Source of the DNA: Clostridia bacterium
GTDB lineage: Bacteria > Bacillota > Clostridia > Christensenellales > UBA1242
Reading direction: 5' to 3'
DNA: 61,199 nt
Assembly: GCA_045577635.1 (NCBI GenBank)
Contig: JAZNIS010000101.1
Span: 1-61,199 of the forward strand
Shown: positions 17,405-25,429 of the stretch, in pieces
How the letters are laid out: the number at the start of each line of letters is the position of its first letter
Numbering within the stretch: the first letter of the stretch is position 1
Position numbers and translations under genes: made by a program
The notes under the pieces: generated by a model
The model's database searches: none
What the model saw: the letters and a program-made list of their open reading frames with translations, nothing else
Told to the model about the DNA's origin: nothing

Positions 17405-19072
17405 ATGAAAAAATTACTTACATCTATCTTCTCGCTAGTGTTTTGTTTGATTATGTTTGCGGGATGTAATTTAATAGAATTAAACAATAAAAAATATTAC
17501 CAACAAACTGTTGCTCAAGTTGTTTATAGTGATAAAAGTGAAAAAGCTTTTACTATGGAAGATTTGTTGCAAGCATATAACAATTATGGTTCACAAATGT
17601 TACAAAACAATCAAGAATTAACAGTTGAAGATGCTTTAAAACAAACAGCTGAATTAATGGTTCAAAGATATTTGTTAATTGAAGAAATTAAAAGCGAAAT
17701 TGGTGAATTAAGCACAGAAGAAAAAAATGTTTTAAAAAGAGAAACTTATTCTCACATAAACACAACATTATCATCTTATGAAGATGAAATTAGGGTTGAA
17801 TGGGAAAGAGATGTTAAAACCGAAGAAGAAACAAAAGAAGAAGAAAAAACTTCACTTCGTGCAGAATTTACAAAATATGAACCAACAGTTGAAAAAGAAG
17901 TTTACGAAGAAACAGTTGACGGTGTTACAAAAATTAAAACTCGCCTTGTAAAAGTTAAAGGTGAAACTGAAAAACAAGATGCAACCGATCCTGGTGAATT
18001 TAAACAATTAATTACAGATGAAGATATTAGTGCTGAAGCTTGGAAAAGATATATCAAAAATCTTCAAGAAAACAATGAAGATTTAGGAAAATCTTACACT
18101 GATGAAGAAGCTTTTGAAGCTGAAATTAATCGTATTTACTCAATTCTAGAACAAAATAAATACATTTCTAAATATCAAGAACATTTAACAGATGGTTTAG
18201 AAATTAATGCTAAACAAGTTGTAGATGTTTACAAAGAAAAAGTTAGAAGAGATTATGAATTATATTCTGGTAACGAAGCTGCTTATCATACAGCTATGGC
18301 AAATGATGCAACTTCTGTTTACTACCACCCAAACAGTGGAAATGAATATGTTTATGTAACACATATCTTATTTAAGTTTTCTGATGAACAAACAAAAGAA
18401 ATTGAACAATTAAAAAATCTTTATAAATCAAATTCTATTACAAAAGCCGTTTATGAAGAAAGATTAGAAGAATTGCAAGATATTGATAATTTAGTTGTTA
18501 CTTACGAAGAAAATGGTGTAACAAAAACAACAAATGCTAGACTTGCATATCAAGATATTTTAAATAATGTAAATAAATATGATAAAGATTATCAATTTGA
18601 ATTAAGAACAAAAGAATTTAACAAGTTTATTTATAAATATAACGATGACGAAGGTATTATGAATAAAGATTTTGCATATGTTGTAAATCTAGATACCGAA
18701 GTTACCGATCAAATGGTTAAACCTTTTGCTGATGAAGCAAGAAGATTGCAAAAAGAAGAAGGTGCTGGTGGAATTAGTGAACCTATTTTAACTGATTATG
18801 GTTATCACATCATTTTAAATTTAGGTCCTGTTAAAAACATTGTTGAATATGAAAACTTAGATAGTTTAACATGGGAAACATTATACAATGTTAAAACACA
18901 ACCTGCCATTGATAAAACAATTTTTCATGTTGAATACGATGCTTTACAAATTGATTATAATTCAGTTGTTTCAACAATTTTAAATAGCAAAATTGCTGAT
19001 ATCACTGCAAGAGTTGAAGTTATTAAATATTGGGAAGAAAGATATTTAACATTATTAAAAGAAAAGAACTAA
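17405..19072 (+). CDS. PrsA/SurA-like parvulin-type peptidyl-prolyl isomerase lipoprotein
   Basis: Start moved to ATG 17405 (RBS GGAGAG). MKKLLTSIFSLVFCLIMFAGC carries the lipobox. Parvulin signatures are VYVTHILFKF and TDYGYHIILNL. Its position after mfd is as in Clostridia. Confidence 0.8.
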   Translation: MKKLLTSIFSLVFCLIMFAGCNLIELNNKKYYQQTVAQVVYSDKSEKAFTMEDLLQAYNNYGSQMLQNNQELTVEDALKQTAELMVQRYLLIEEIKSEIGELSTEEKNVLKRETYSHINTTLSSYEDEIRVEWERDVKTEEETKEEEKTSLRAEFTKYEPTVEKEVYEETVDGVTKIKTRLVKVKGETEKQDATDPGEFKQLITDEDISAEAWKRYIKNLQENNEDLGKSYTDEEAFEAEINRIYSILEQNKYISKYQEHLTDGLEINAKQVVDVYKEKVRRDYELYSGNEAAYHTAMANDATSVYYHPNSGNEYVYVTHILFKFSDEQTKEIEQLKNLYKSNSITKAVYEERLEELQDIDNLVVTYEENGVTKTTNARLAYQDILNNVNKYDKDYQFELRTKEFNKFIYKYNDDEGIMNKDFAYVVNLDTEVTDQMVKPFADEARRLQKEEGAGGISEPILTDYGYHIILNLGPVKNIVEYENLDSLTWETLYNVKTQPAIDKTIFHVEYDALQIDYNSVVSTILNSKIADITARVEVIKYWEERYLTLLKEKN

Positions 19073-19080
19073 TAAAATAA

Positions 19081-19110
19081 AAAACAAGCTGAAATTTGGC
19101 TTGTTTTTTT
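19081..19110 (+). terminator. Rho-independent terminator
   Basis: AAAACAAGC (19081-19089) pairs with GCTTGTTTT (19099-19107) around a 9-nt loop, followed by a T-run. Confidence 0.6.
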
Positions 19111-19140
19111 GTTTTTGTTGTTATTAAACTAATTAATTGT

Positions 19141-19169
19141 TTGCTAAAACAAATTTAAAATGATATAAC
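19141..19169 (+). promoter_or_regulatory. Candidate sigma-A promoter (TTGCTA-17 nt-TGaTATAAC)
   Basis: TTGCTA at 19141-19146, 17-nt spacer ending in TGA, TATAAC at 19164-19169. RBS AAGGTGA precedes ATG 19232. Confidence 0.45.
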
Positions 19170-19231
19170 AAAGTTGGTAGTTTTTTTATATATAATATAA
19201 AAATTTAAATATAATTTTAAAAAGGTGAATA

Positions 19232-20629
19232 ATGCCATTAAAAAATAAAGACGAAAAATTTAATGAAAAAACCGTTGAATGTGGTAATGGCATTTTCTTT
19301 TTTGCTGATAAAAATTCAAAGAAAACTGCCGTTATAAACAAATCTATTGCTTCAAAACGATTAAAAAGTAATAAACCAATAAAATATTCAACGGTGTTTA
19401 AGGTGGATAAAGCAAACCTAAAAGTTACTGATGAAGATATTGAAATTGAAAACACTGAAGAAGAAATCACTTTATCTACTTTAACCGAAGCAAAAGAAAA
19501 AGTTGAAAGTCAAAAAACAAACCGAACAAAATGGTTTAATGTTGCTTTCTTTGTTGTAAATTTGGCTATTTTAGCTGCTGTGTTAGTTTATCAGGGTAGC
19601 ACTTTTGGTGTTGCATCGCTTGAAGTTTTTAAGGAAACAGCAAGGTTTAGCATATTATTTTACACTGTGCTTTTATTTGTGTTAATAATGCTTCTAGAAA
19701 CCCTTCGTACCCACATTTTACTATATAAAGCAACAAAAAGGTTTAGGCCATTTTTATGTTATAAAGCATCGGCAATTTGCAGATATTACGATAGTTTAAC
19801 TCCTTTTGCAACAGGTGGACAACCTTTTGAAATTTTCTATTTGCACAGTCGCGGTGTTCCGGCTGGTATTTCAACAAGTGTACCATTAACAAAAGCAATG
19901 TATAATAATATTGCATTTATAATTGTTTCTGTTGTTGTGTTAATTTCTAATTCAAAAATTTTTACAGGTGTTGAACAAAACCTTATTATAACTTGGGGTA
20001 TTATTAGTTTATGTATTTCCTGTGTTGTTTTAATGGTTTTAGTATTATTTGCTGTTAGTAAAAAAATAATGCCTAAAATTTTGATGTTCTTTATTAAAAT
20101 AGGATATAAGTTAAAACTTGTTAAAAATGAAAGAATTGTTTTTACAAAATGTATGAGAACAATTTTAGAGTTTCAAAGAAGTACAAAACATTATATTTTA
20201 AATATTGGGGTTACAATTGCATCAGTTTTATGTTCTGCTGTAATTATTATAGTTAAAGCTTTTATTCCTGTAATGTTGTATTGGGCATTTCACACAACTA
20301 TCACAGCTGAAATTGTTATTGATATTGTAAGTAAATTTATGTTAGTTGAATTAGCAACAAAATATATTCCTATTCCTGGTGGAAGTGGTGTGGCTGAAAT
20401 TTCTTTCTCTGCATTATTTTCAGTTTTATTTGAAGATGGAACATTATTCTGGGGAATGTTGTTCTGGCGAATAATGAACTATTTTGTTTATTTATTCCAA
20501 GGTTTAGTTGTTTTAGTTTATGATTTTGCTTATGGTAACAAAAAAAATAAAATCTCTTTAAAAAAATACAAAGAAAAAGAAAATGAAATTTTAAGAAGAA
20601 CAAAAAATTCTAGAATAAATAAAAAATAA
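19232..20629 (+). CDS. UPF0104 / LPG_synthase_TM-type flippase-like membrane protein with a ~100-aa charged N-terminal extension
   Basis: Polytopic membrane protein. TPFATGGQPFEIFYL matches the family motif (PGGxGGxPxxhhhL) as I recall it. Confidence 0.65.
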   Translation: MPLKNKDEKFNEKTVECGNGIFFFADKNSKKTAVINKSIASKRLKSNKPIKYSTVFKVDKANLKVTDEDIEIENTEEEITLSTLTEAKEKVESQKTNRTKWFNVAFFVVNLAILAAVLVYQGSTFGVASLEVFKETARFSILFYTVLLFVLIMLLETLRTHILLYKATKRFRPFLCYKASAICRYYDSLTPFATGGQPFEIFYLHSRGVPAGISTSVPLTKAMYNNIAFIIVSVVVLISNSKIFTGVEQNLIITWGIISLCISCVVLMVLVLFAVSKKIMPKILMFFIKIGYKLKLVKNERIVFTKCMRTILEFQRSTKHYILNIGVTIASVLCSAVIIIVKAFIPVMLYWAFHTTITAEIVIDIVSKFMLVELATKYIPIPGGSGVAEISFSALFSVLFEDGTLFWGMLFWRIMNYFVYLFQGLVVLVYDFAYGNKKNKISLKKYKEKENEILRRTKNSRINKK

Positions 20630-20650
20630 AAGCACCATTGGTGCTTTTTT
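20628..20650. terminator. Bidirectional rho-independent terminator between convergent genes
   Basis: Stem GCACC (20632-20636), loop ATT, stem GGTGC (20640-20644). It is flanked by an A-run on the left and a T-run on the right. Confidence 0.7.
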
Positions 20651-22071
20651 TATTGGTTAAACGACACGGTTCGGTTTGTGTGGTCGTAAACATCTTCGCA
20701 ATTAAATAAATGTTTATAATAATCACCAAAACTTCTTAATGTTTGACCATCAATAGGTTTTCTATCCATAAACAAAGTGTGAGTTTCGGTTGTTTTAAGT
20801 GGTAAATAACCAAAGAAATTTTTAGCACCCACTCCACAAAATAGTTCAAAACCCGAATTTTTTAATAGTTGATGTTTATAACTAATATCTCCGTTTGGGG
20901 TTGTTATTTCCCATTCTCCGTAAGGATAAACATATATGTTTGTTTTGCCAATAATTGGTTCAACTTCATTTTGCCAATTGTAAACTTCTTTTGCAAATTC
21001 CATATCGTTAATTTCTTTCATGTGATAGTGCCCGTAACTGTGGCAAGCAAAGGTCCAGCCAAGTTTTTTAAGTTTAGTAACAACTTGTTGGGCTTTTTTT
21101 ATTTCGTATCGGCTTGTGGCATTATTTTTTTGTGTTCTGTAACCTAAAATGCCATCATATCCTGTTAAGCAAATAATGCCCCTTGCTCCGTTAAAACTAA
21201 AATCAGGGTATGTTTTAATAAATTCTTCCATTATGGGTATAAATTCATTATCATAGCTTATTCTATCGGAAATTTGTCGTTTTGTTGTGTATGTTGCAAT
21301 ATTATTGTTTCTATCTAAAATAATTTTATCAACCATTCCACTGTTGCTTTTTTTAGAATCGTAATTGCAATCGTCAAAGGAAAATATTAAAGGTTTTTTA
21401 CCTTGTGGCAAATATAATGTTTTCTTTTTGCAAACACCGTTTATATTTTCATATATGCTGTTAATATCAATTAAAATATAGTTATTATTGTAAAGCGATA
21501 GTAAAATTTTTTTAAATTCGCTAGGAGTTAAGCAATCACGGTCATAATCGGCATTTAACGGGTTTTTAGGGTGTAAAGCAAGTTCGGGGAAGGCAAGTAA
21601 ACAATGGGTGAATAAATGCTCAATTTCACCTTTATATTCAACCAAATTTTTATTTTTTATTTGATTAGTGTTATATTTTATTAAATTAATTATATTTGCA
21701 TCGTCTTTATAGTATTTTAATTTGTTATTAAGCAGGTTTAAAGCAAAAGCATAATTTCCTTGCTCTGAATAGTTGTTGGCTTCGTTAATTAATATTGTTT
21801 TATATTCTTTTAATAATTCATTAAATTTGCTTTTGTAAAAAATAAACAAACAAACATCTAAATCTTCTGTTTGTTCTAAAAGATTTATGGCTGTTTTATA
21901 TTCTTTTTTTTCAATTAAATCAATAATTTTATTTAGGTTTATAGTTTGATTTGTTTGTTTATCAATCAAGGTTTTAGGCAAACAAAAAGTGCTTTCCACA
22001 GAAAAAACCAATGTTAATAAAAATAGCATCAAAATTATAAATATTTGTTTTATTTCTACCATCTTCTTCAT
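20650..22071 (-). CDS. Membrane-anchored polysaccharide deacetylase-like (NodB-fold) protein
   Basis: N-terminal TM helix IFIILMLFLLTLVF. SFDDCNYD resembles NodB motif 1 (TFDDG). HSYGHYH resembles the H(S/T)xxH metal motif. Confidence 0.55.
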   Translation of the reverse strand: MKKMVEIKQIFIILMLFLLTLVFSVESTFCLPKTLIDKQTNQTINLNKIIDLIEKKEYKTAINLLEQTEDLDVCLFIFYKSKFNELLKEYKTILINEANNYSEQGNYAFALNLLNNKLKYYKDDANIINLIKYNTNQIKNKNLVEYKGEIEHLFTHCLLAFPELALHPKNPLNADYDRDCLTPSEFKKILLSLYNNNYILIDINSIYENINGVCKKKTLYLPQGKKPLIFSFDDCNYDSKKSNSGMVDKIILDRNNNIATYTTKRQISDRISYDNEFIPIMEEFIKTYPDFSFNGARGIICLTGYDGILGYRTQKNNATSRYEIKKAQQVVTKLKKLGWTFACHSYGHYHMKEINDMEFAKEVYNWQNEVEPIIGKTNIYVYPYGEWEITTPNGDISYKHQLLKNSGFELFCGVGAKNFFGYLPLKTTETHTLFMDRKPIDGQTLRSFGDYYKHLFNCEDVYDHTNRTVSFNQ

Positions 22072-22216
22072 GTTATTAGTATGAATATTAAATTAAAAAA
22101 ATATTTGTTTTATAATTTAACATTAAAAAACAAAAGATCTCTTTTTAAAATAAAATTTTCTTTGTTATTAAGTGTTTGTTTTTCTTTGTTTGTTTTAAAC
22201 TGATTTAGGGTGAATT

Positions 22217-23347
22217 ATGAAGATTGTAAGAGATAGTTTGTTGGAAGGAGCAATTTTAAAAGCTGTTAGTAAATATAAACTATTTAAAATAGTTGTGTTA
22301 ATAAATGAATCTTGTGAAGAAAAATATAAAGATGTTATAGAAAGGTTAAATCAAGAAGTTAAAGATGTTGCTGTTGTAAAATTTCCAGATAATTTAAAGG
22401 AAGAAAATTTAGTTTCTGGATTAATTTTAAATTCTTTAACGGAAGATGTTGGTTGTATTGTTAATTTTTGCGATAGTTTTATTTTAAGGATTGCGATAAA
22501 CTGTTGTGATAACTTAAAAATACTTACCGTATTAACCGAACCAGATATAAATATGTTTCTATTAAAACCCAACTCTTTAATTATTGCTGACAATGTAATA
22601 CTTTCTTGTAATAAAAAAACTATTGCAAATTCGTATGGGAAATTGTGCTCATTAATGTTTTATTTAGTGGAGCAGGTGTTTAATTGTGTAGTGCTGGAAC
22701 AAAAAGAAAATAATAAAAATTTATTAAGGTTAGATGAGCTTATGCAAAAGTTAACTCTGATTCCTTCGGCTGTGTTAAAAAGCAATTTAGGTAAAATGAA
22801 ATTGCTTGATTTTTGTGTTGAAATTGGCACTGTTTTATCGTATGAAAAATTTGATAATTGTTATGTAAAAACACTATCTAAAACAATTGCAAAAGTTTGC
22901 AGTTGCAACTCTTTATTAGAAGGGGAACTTCTAATGCTTTCTAGTGTAATTTTTTTAAAAGAAATAGATGTGCTATTAACGGCAAATAACTTAATGTATG
23001 TTGGTTATAATTCTTATTGTCGCATTAAAAATTATAAGCAGATTTTTGCTAGTGCAAAGTTGGGTGATATTTATAATTCTTTTTGTGCTGATGGTGATGT
23101 TGATTTATATATCGGCAACTTCTTTAACATTAAAAATGAGTTGCTAATGGTATTTAATCAGTACAAAATGCAGTTTGAAAAAATGCTTAATTGTTTTAAC
23201 TTGATGTATTTTGATAGGGGATATAAGTTGGGTAAAAGCATTTCAAAACAAAATTTATTGTTGTCTGTAAATTTAGTTCCTGAAAACTATAAGGTTGCAA
23301 GTTATGCAACATTTATTAGGGCTGTTGGATTATTGAATAAATTATAA
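22217..23347 (+). CDS. Hypothetical cytoplasmic Cys-rich protein; faint resemblance to the Fe-ADH / glycerol-1-phosphate dehydrogenase fold with degenerate motifs
   Basis: 376-aa ORF with a good RBS (AGGGTGA) and no TM segment. VGCIVNFCDSFILRIAI sits where that fold has the GGGSxxD motif. The assignment is weak. Confidence 0.5.
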   Translation: MKIVRDSLLEGAILKAVSKYKLFKIVVLINESCEEKYKDVIERLNQEVKDVAVVKFPDNLKEENLVSGLILNSLTEDVGCIVNFCDSFILRIAINCCDNLKILTVLTEPDINMFLLKPNSLIIADNVILSCNKKTIANSYGKLCSLMFYLVEQVFNCVVLEQKENNKNLLRLDELMQKLTLIPSAVLKSNLGKMKLLDFCVEIGTVLSYEKFDNCYVKTLSKTIAKVCSCNSLLEGELLMLSSVIFLKEIDVLLTANNLMYVGYNSYCRIKNYKQIFASAKLGDIYNSFCADGDVDLYIGNFFNIKNELLMVFNQYKMQFEKMLNCFNLMYFDRGYKLGKSISKQNLLLSVNLVPENYKVASYATFIRAVGLLNKL

Positions 23348-23398
23348 GTTTAAAAAATAAAAAACAAGTTAATCATTAAAATATAAGCGGGGTTTTAT

Positions 23399-23851
23399 AT
23401 GAAAAGATTACTTGTTTTTATTTTGTTATTTATTTGTTTGTTTTTTATAAATTTAAATAATACAAGTTATTTGTGCGAAATATTTACAGAAAGTGATGAG
23501 TGTTGTTTAATAACTAGCAATAAAATTATAACGGCAAAACGGTCAGTAAAAAATGGTAATTGTTACATAAATTATTTTAAAAGTAAAACTGCTTGTTTGG
23601 AACTAAATAATGCTAAAACCGTGTATGGCGAAACGATGGTTTTTAATAATAAAAATTTAAAATTTATAACTGAAAAATTACAGTTAAACATTGTTAGTAA
23701 AGTAATTGGAAATAATGGGGTTGAAGTGTTGGGGTATTCAAAAAAACTAAATGATTTTGTTTTTGTAAATGGTAAAATTGTAAATGTTCAAATTGCAATA
23801 TTTAATAATAAAATTATTGTTGGACATCCATTAATTTTGCAAGGATTTTAA
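23399..23851 (+). CDS. Small secreted hypothetical protein (possibly YwmB/DUF1779-like)
   Basis: Signal-peptide-like N-terminus MKRLLVFILLFICLFFINL. The C-terminal NVQIAIFNNKIIVGHPLILQGF resembles the YwmB-family end pattern (NLQhA...hhhGTPhh..EY) from memory only. Confidence 0.5.
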   Translation: MKRLLVFILLFICLFFINLNNTSYLCEIFTESDECCLITSNKIITAKRSVKNGNCYINYFKSKTACLELNNAKTVYGETMVFNNKNLKFITEKLQLNIVSKVIGNNGVEVLGYSKKLNDFVFVNGKIVNVQIAIFNNKIIVGHPLILQGF

Positions 23852-23917
23852 AATTTTAGGTATAAATTTTAACGGGCTGTAAATCATTAAATAATATATT
23901 TTTTAATGGAGGAAAAT

Positions 23918-24499
23918 ATGAAGGAAAAATCAAATAAACAGGCAGTAATTAATTTTATTAAAAGGTATGGTTATATAATTTTATTATCGGCTATTATGGT
24001 AATAATTAGCACTATACTTATAGTTTCTGTCAAAAACACCAACAATAATGACAATACTGTGCAAGTAGATAATGATGCAATAACATTTTACAATCCACTT
24101 TTAACTTGTTCTGTGGCCAAAGATTATAATGATAAAAACCTTGTTTATAACACCACATTAAAACAATGGGAAGCTCACAAAGGAGTGTGTTTTACTGCAC
24201 CTGAAAATAGTGAAGTTTTTGCTGTTTTAGATGGTACTGTGGAAGATGTTTATTCTAACTATTTAAATGGTACAGTTGTGGTTATTAACCATGGTGGAAA
24301 TTTAAAAACTAGCTATGGTAGTTTAAAAGAAGATGTGGCTGTTAAAGTTGGTGATGTTGTTTCAAAAGGTGATGTTATTGGAAGGGTTGGTGTAACAGGA
24401 AATAGCGAATTAAATTTAGGTAATCATTTGCATTTTGAAGTAATTGAAAATTCTGTTAAGGTTGATCCTATGTCTTATTTAAATATGGGGAACAAATAA
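23918..24499 (+). CDS. Membrane-anchored LytM/M23-domain protein, SpoIIQ-like
   Basis: GGAGG at 23908-23912 favours ATG 23918 over the track start at 23906. It has one N-terminal TM helix. M23-domain segments are HKGVCF (HxxxD position, D replaced by C), SYGSL (YxHL position, H replaced by S, as in B. subtilis SpoIIQ YQSL) and GNHLHFEV (HxH retained). It lies next to spoIIID, as spoIIQ does in Bacillus and Clostridia. Confidence 0.6.
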   Translation: MKEKSNKQAVINFIKRYGYIILLSAIMVIISTILIVSVKNTNNNDNTVQVDNDAITFYNPLLTCSVAKDYNDKNLVYNTTLKQWEAHKGVCFTAPENSEVFAVLDGTVEDVYSNYLNGTVVVINHGGNLKTSYGSLKEDVAVKVGDVVSKGDVIGRVGVTGNSELNLGNHLHFEVIENSVKVDPMSYLNMGNK

Positions 24500-24548
24500 G
24501 ATAAAATTGTAAGTTTTTTTTAGTAAAATAAAAATAGGAGATTTTCGC

Positions 24549-24577
24549 TTTACAAAAAAATCAAAAATTTTTATACT
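24549..24577 (+). promoter_or_regulatory. Candidate sigma-A promoter for acpP (TTTACA-17 nt-TATACT)
   Basis: TTTACA at 24549-24554, 17-nt spacer, TATACT at 24572-24577. RBS GGAGGAG at 24596-24602. Confidence 0.5.
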
Positions 24578-24606
24578 AATATCAGCAACTATTTTGGAGG
24601 AGTCAA

Positions 24607-24843
24607 ATGTCAACTTTAGATAAAATTAAAAGTTTACTTTCTGGTCAACTAGGAATTAAAGAAGATAGAATTCAACTTAAATCAAGAATTTTAGAAGATT
24701 TAGGTGCTGACTCATTAGATTTGGTTGAATTGCTTATGACTTTGGAAGATGAATTTAATGTAACCGTTAGTGATGACGAAGCAATTAAATTAAAAACAGT
24801 TGAAGATATTGTTAAAATTATTGAAGCAACTCAAAGCAAATAA
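24607..24843 (+). CDS. acpP: Acyl carrier protein
   Basis: 78 aa. DLGADSLDLVELLMTLEDEF contains the phosphopantetheine-attachment DSL motif. Strong RBS. Confidence 0.9.
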   Translation: MSTLDKIKSLLSGQLGIKEDRIQLKSRILEDLGADSLDLVELLMTLEDEFNVTVSDDEAIKLKTVEDIVKIIEATQSK

Positions 24844-24873
24844 TCTAATGCTTAAAAGTTCTATATAAAAAGT

Positions 24874-24902
24874 GTCAACCAATTTTTGGTTGGCTTTTTT
24901 TA
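24874..24902 (+). terminator. Rho-independent terminator after acpP
   Basis: Stem 24874-24882 (GTCAACCAA) pairs with 24886-24894 (TTGGTTGGC, one G-U pair), loop TTT, then a T-run at 24895-24901. Confidence 0.7.
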
Positions 24903-24911
24903 TTTTAATTT

Positions 24912-24942
24912 GTAATATTGTGTAAAAATTTGTCATACACAT
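24912..24942 (+). promoter_or_regulatory. Sigma-E-like (mother-cell) promoter upstream of spoIIID
   Basis: GTAATATT at 24912-24919, 14-nt spacer, CATACACAT at 24934-24942. As I recall it, the Bacillus sigma-E consensus is kmATATT-14-CATACAhT, and spoIIID is sigma-E dependent in B. subtilis. Confidence 0.5.
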
Positions 24943-24965
24943 TTTAAAAGTGTTTTGGAGTGTGT

Positions 24966-25223
24966 ATGGATTTTGATAGACCAATAAAATTAGCAGAATA
25001 TATTGTTGAACAAAATTCCACAATAAGAAAAACTGCCGCAATTTTTAATTTAAGTAAAAGTACTGTTCATTTAGATGTTTCAAAAAGGTTAAAAGATATT
25101 AATTTTAGTTTGTATAAACGGGTGCAAATTGTGTTAAACAACAACTTTAAACAAAAGAGTTTTAGGGGTGGTTTGGCAACTAAAAATAAGTACTTGTTGT
25201 TAAAAAATAAAAGACCAAATTAA
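24966..25223 (+). CDS. spoIIID: Sporulation transcriptional regulator SpoIIID
   Basis: IKLAEYIVEQNSTIRKTAAIFNLSKSTVHLDVSKRL...RGGLATKNKY matches B. subtilis SpoIIID (IGKYIVETKKTVRVIAKEFGVSKSTVHKDLTERL...RGGEATKLKY). The start is moved to ATG 24966, with GGAG at 24957-24960. Confidence 0.85.
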   Translation: MDFDRPIKLAEYIVEQNSTIRKTAAIFNLSKSTVHLDVSKRLKDINFSLYKRVQIVLNNNFKQKSFRGGLATKNKYLLLKNKRPN

Positions 25224-25236
25224 ATGGTCTTTTTTA
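25209..25236 (+). terminator. Rho-independent terminator after spoIIID
   Basis: AGACCA (25212-25217) pairs with TGGTCT (25225-25230). The loop AATTAAA contains the stop codon. T-run at 25231-25235. Confidence 0.7.
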
Positions 25237-25278
25237 TTTGTTTTTTTAAAAATAATTTTATAAAAGTAGTTTAGATGT

Positions 25279-25307
25279 TTGACTTAAATTTATTCTTTAA
25301 ATATAAT
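25279..25307 (+). promoter_or_regulatory. Consensus sigma-A promoter of giant gene 1 (TTGACT-17 nt-TATAAT)
   Basis: TTGACT at 25279-25284, exactly 17-nt spacer (25285-25301), TATAAT at 25302-25307. This leaves a leader of about 115 nt before ATG 25430. Confidence 0.7.
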
Positions 25308-25429
25308 TGTTTTAGGAGTGTAATATTTATATATATAATATATAAAATATTTTGCAATTTCTTGCTAATACTAAAAGCAAATTAATTGCTGCTTCCTACT
25401 TTAATTCAAATGAACTATGGAGAATTACG

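Noticed and set aside
23860-23893. Forespore sigma-F/sigma-G type promoter upstream of the SpoIIQ-like gene (GTATA at 23860-23864, CATTAAATA at 23885-23893)
   Set aside because: The spacing between the elements is 20 nt, longer than I recall for sigma-F/G promoters, and the -10 match is poor.
24790-25041. Minus-strand ORF 24790..25041, and similar ones at 4980..5249, 3900..4085, 19186..19470 and 20370..20603
   Set aside because: They run antisense across better-supported genes, terminators or promoters (acpP end, acpP terminator, spoIIID start; zinc-ribbon gene; UPF0104 gene). They have no translation signals.
25352-25429. TTG start at 25352 for giant gene 1, as given in the ORF track
   Set aside because: The extension MQFLANTKSKLIAASYFNSNELWRIT would place 26 residues in front of a textbook lipoprotein signal peptide. 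ATG 25430 has a GGAGA RBS at the right distance. The 25352 codon also lies only about 40 nt from the predicted TSS and has no RBS.
25308-25429. Shared leader element between the 5' UTRs of the two giant genes (TAATATA(T)AAAATAT-like stretch at about 25335-25355 and 43495-43512)
   Set aside because: The similarity is short and made almost entirely of A/T. I cannot separate it from the AT-rich background without statistics or comparative data.
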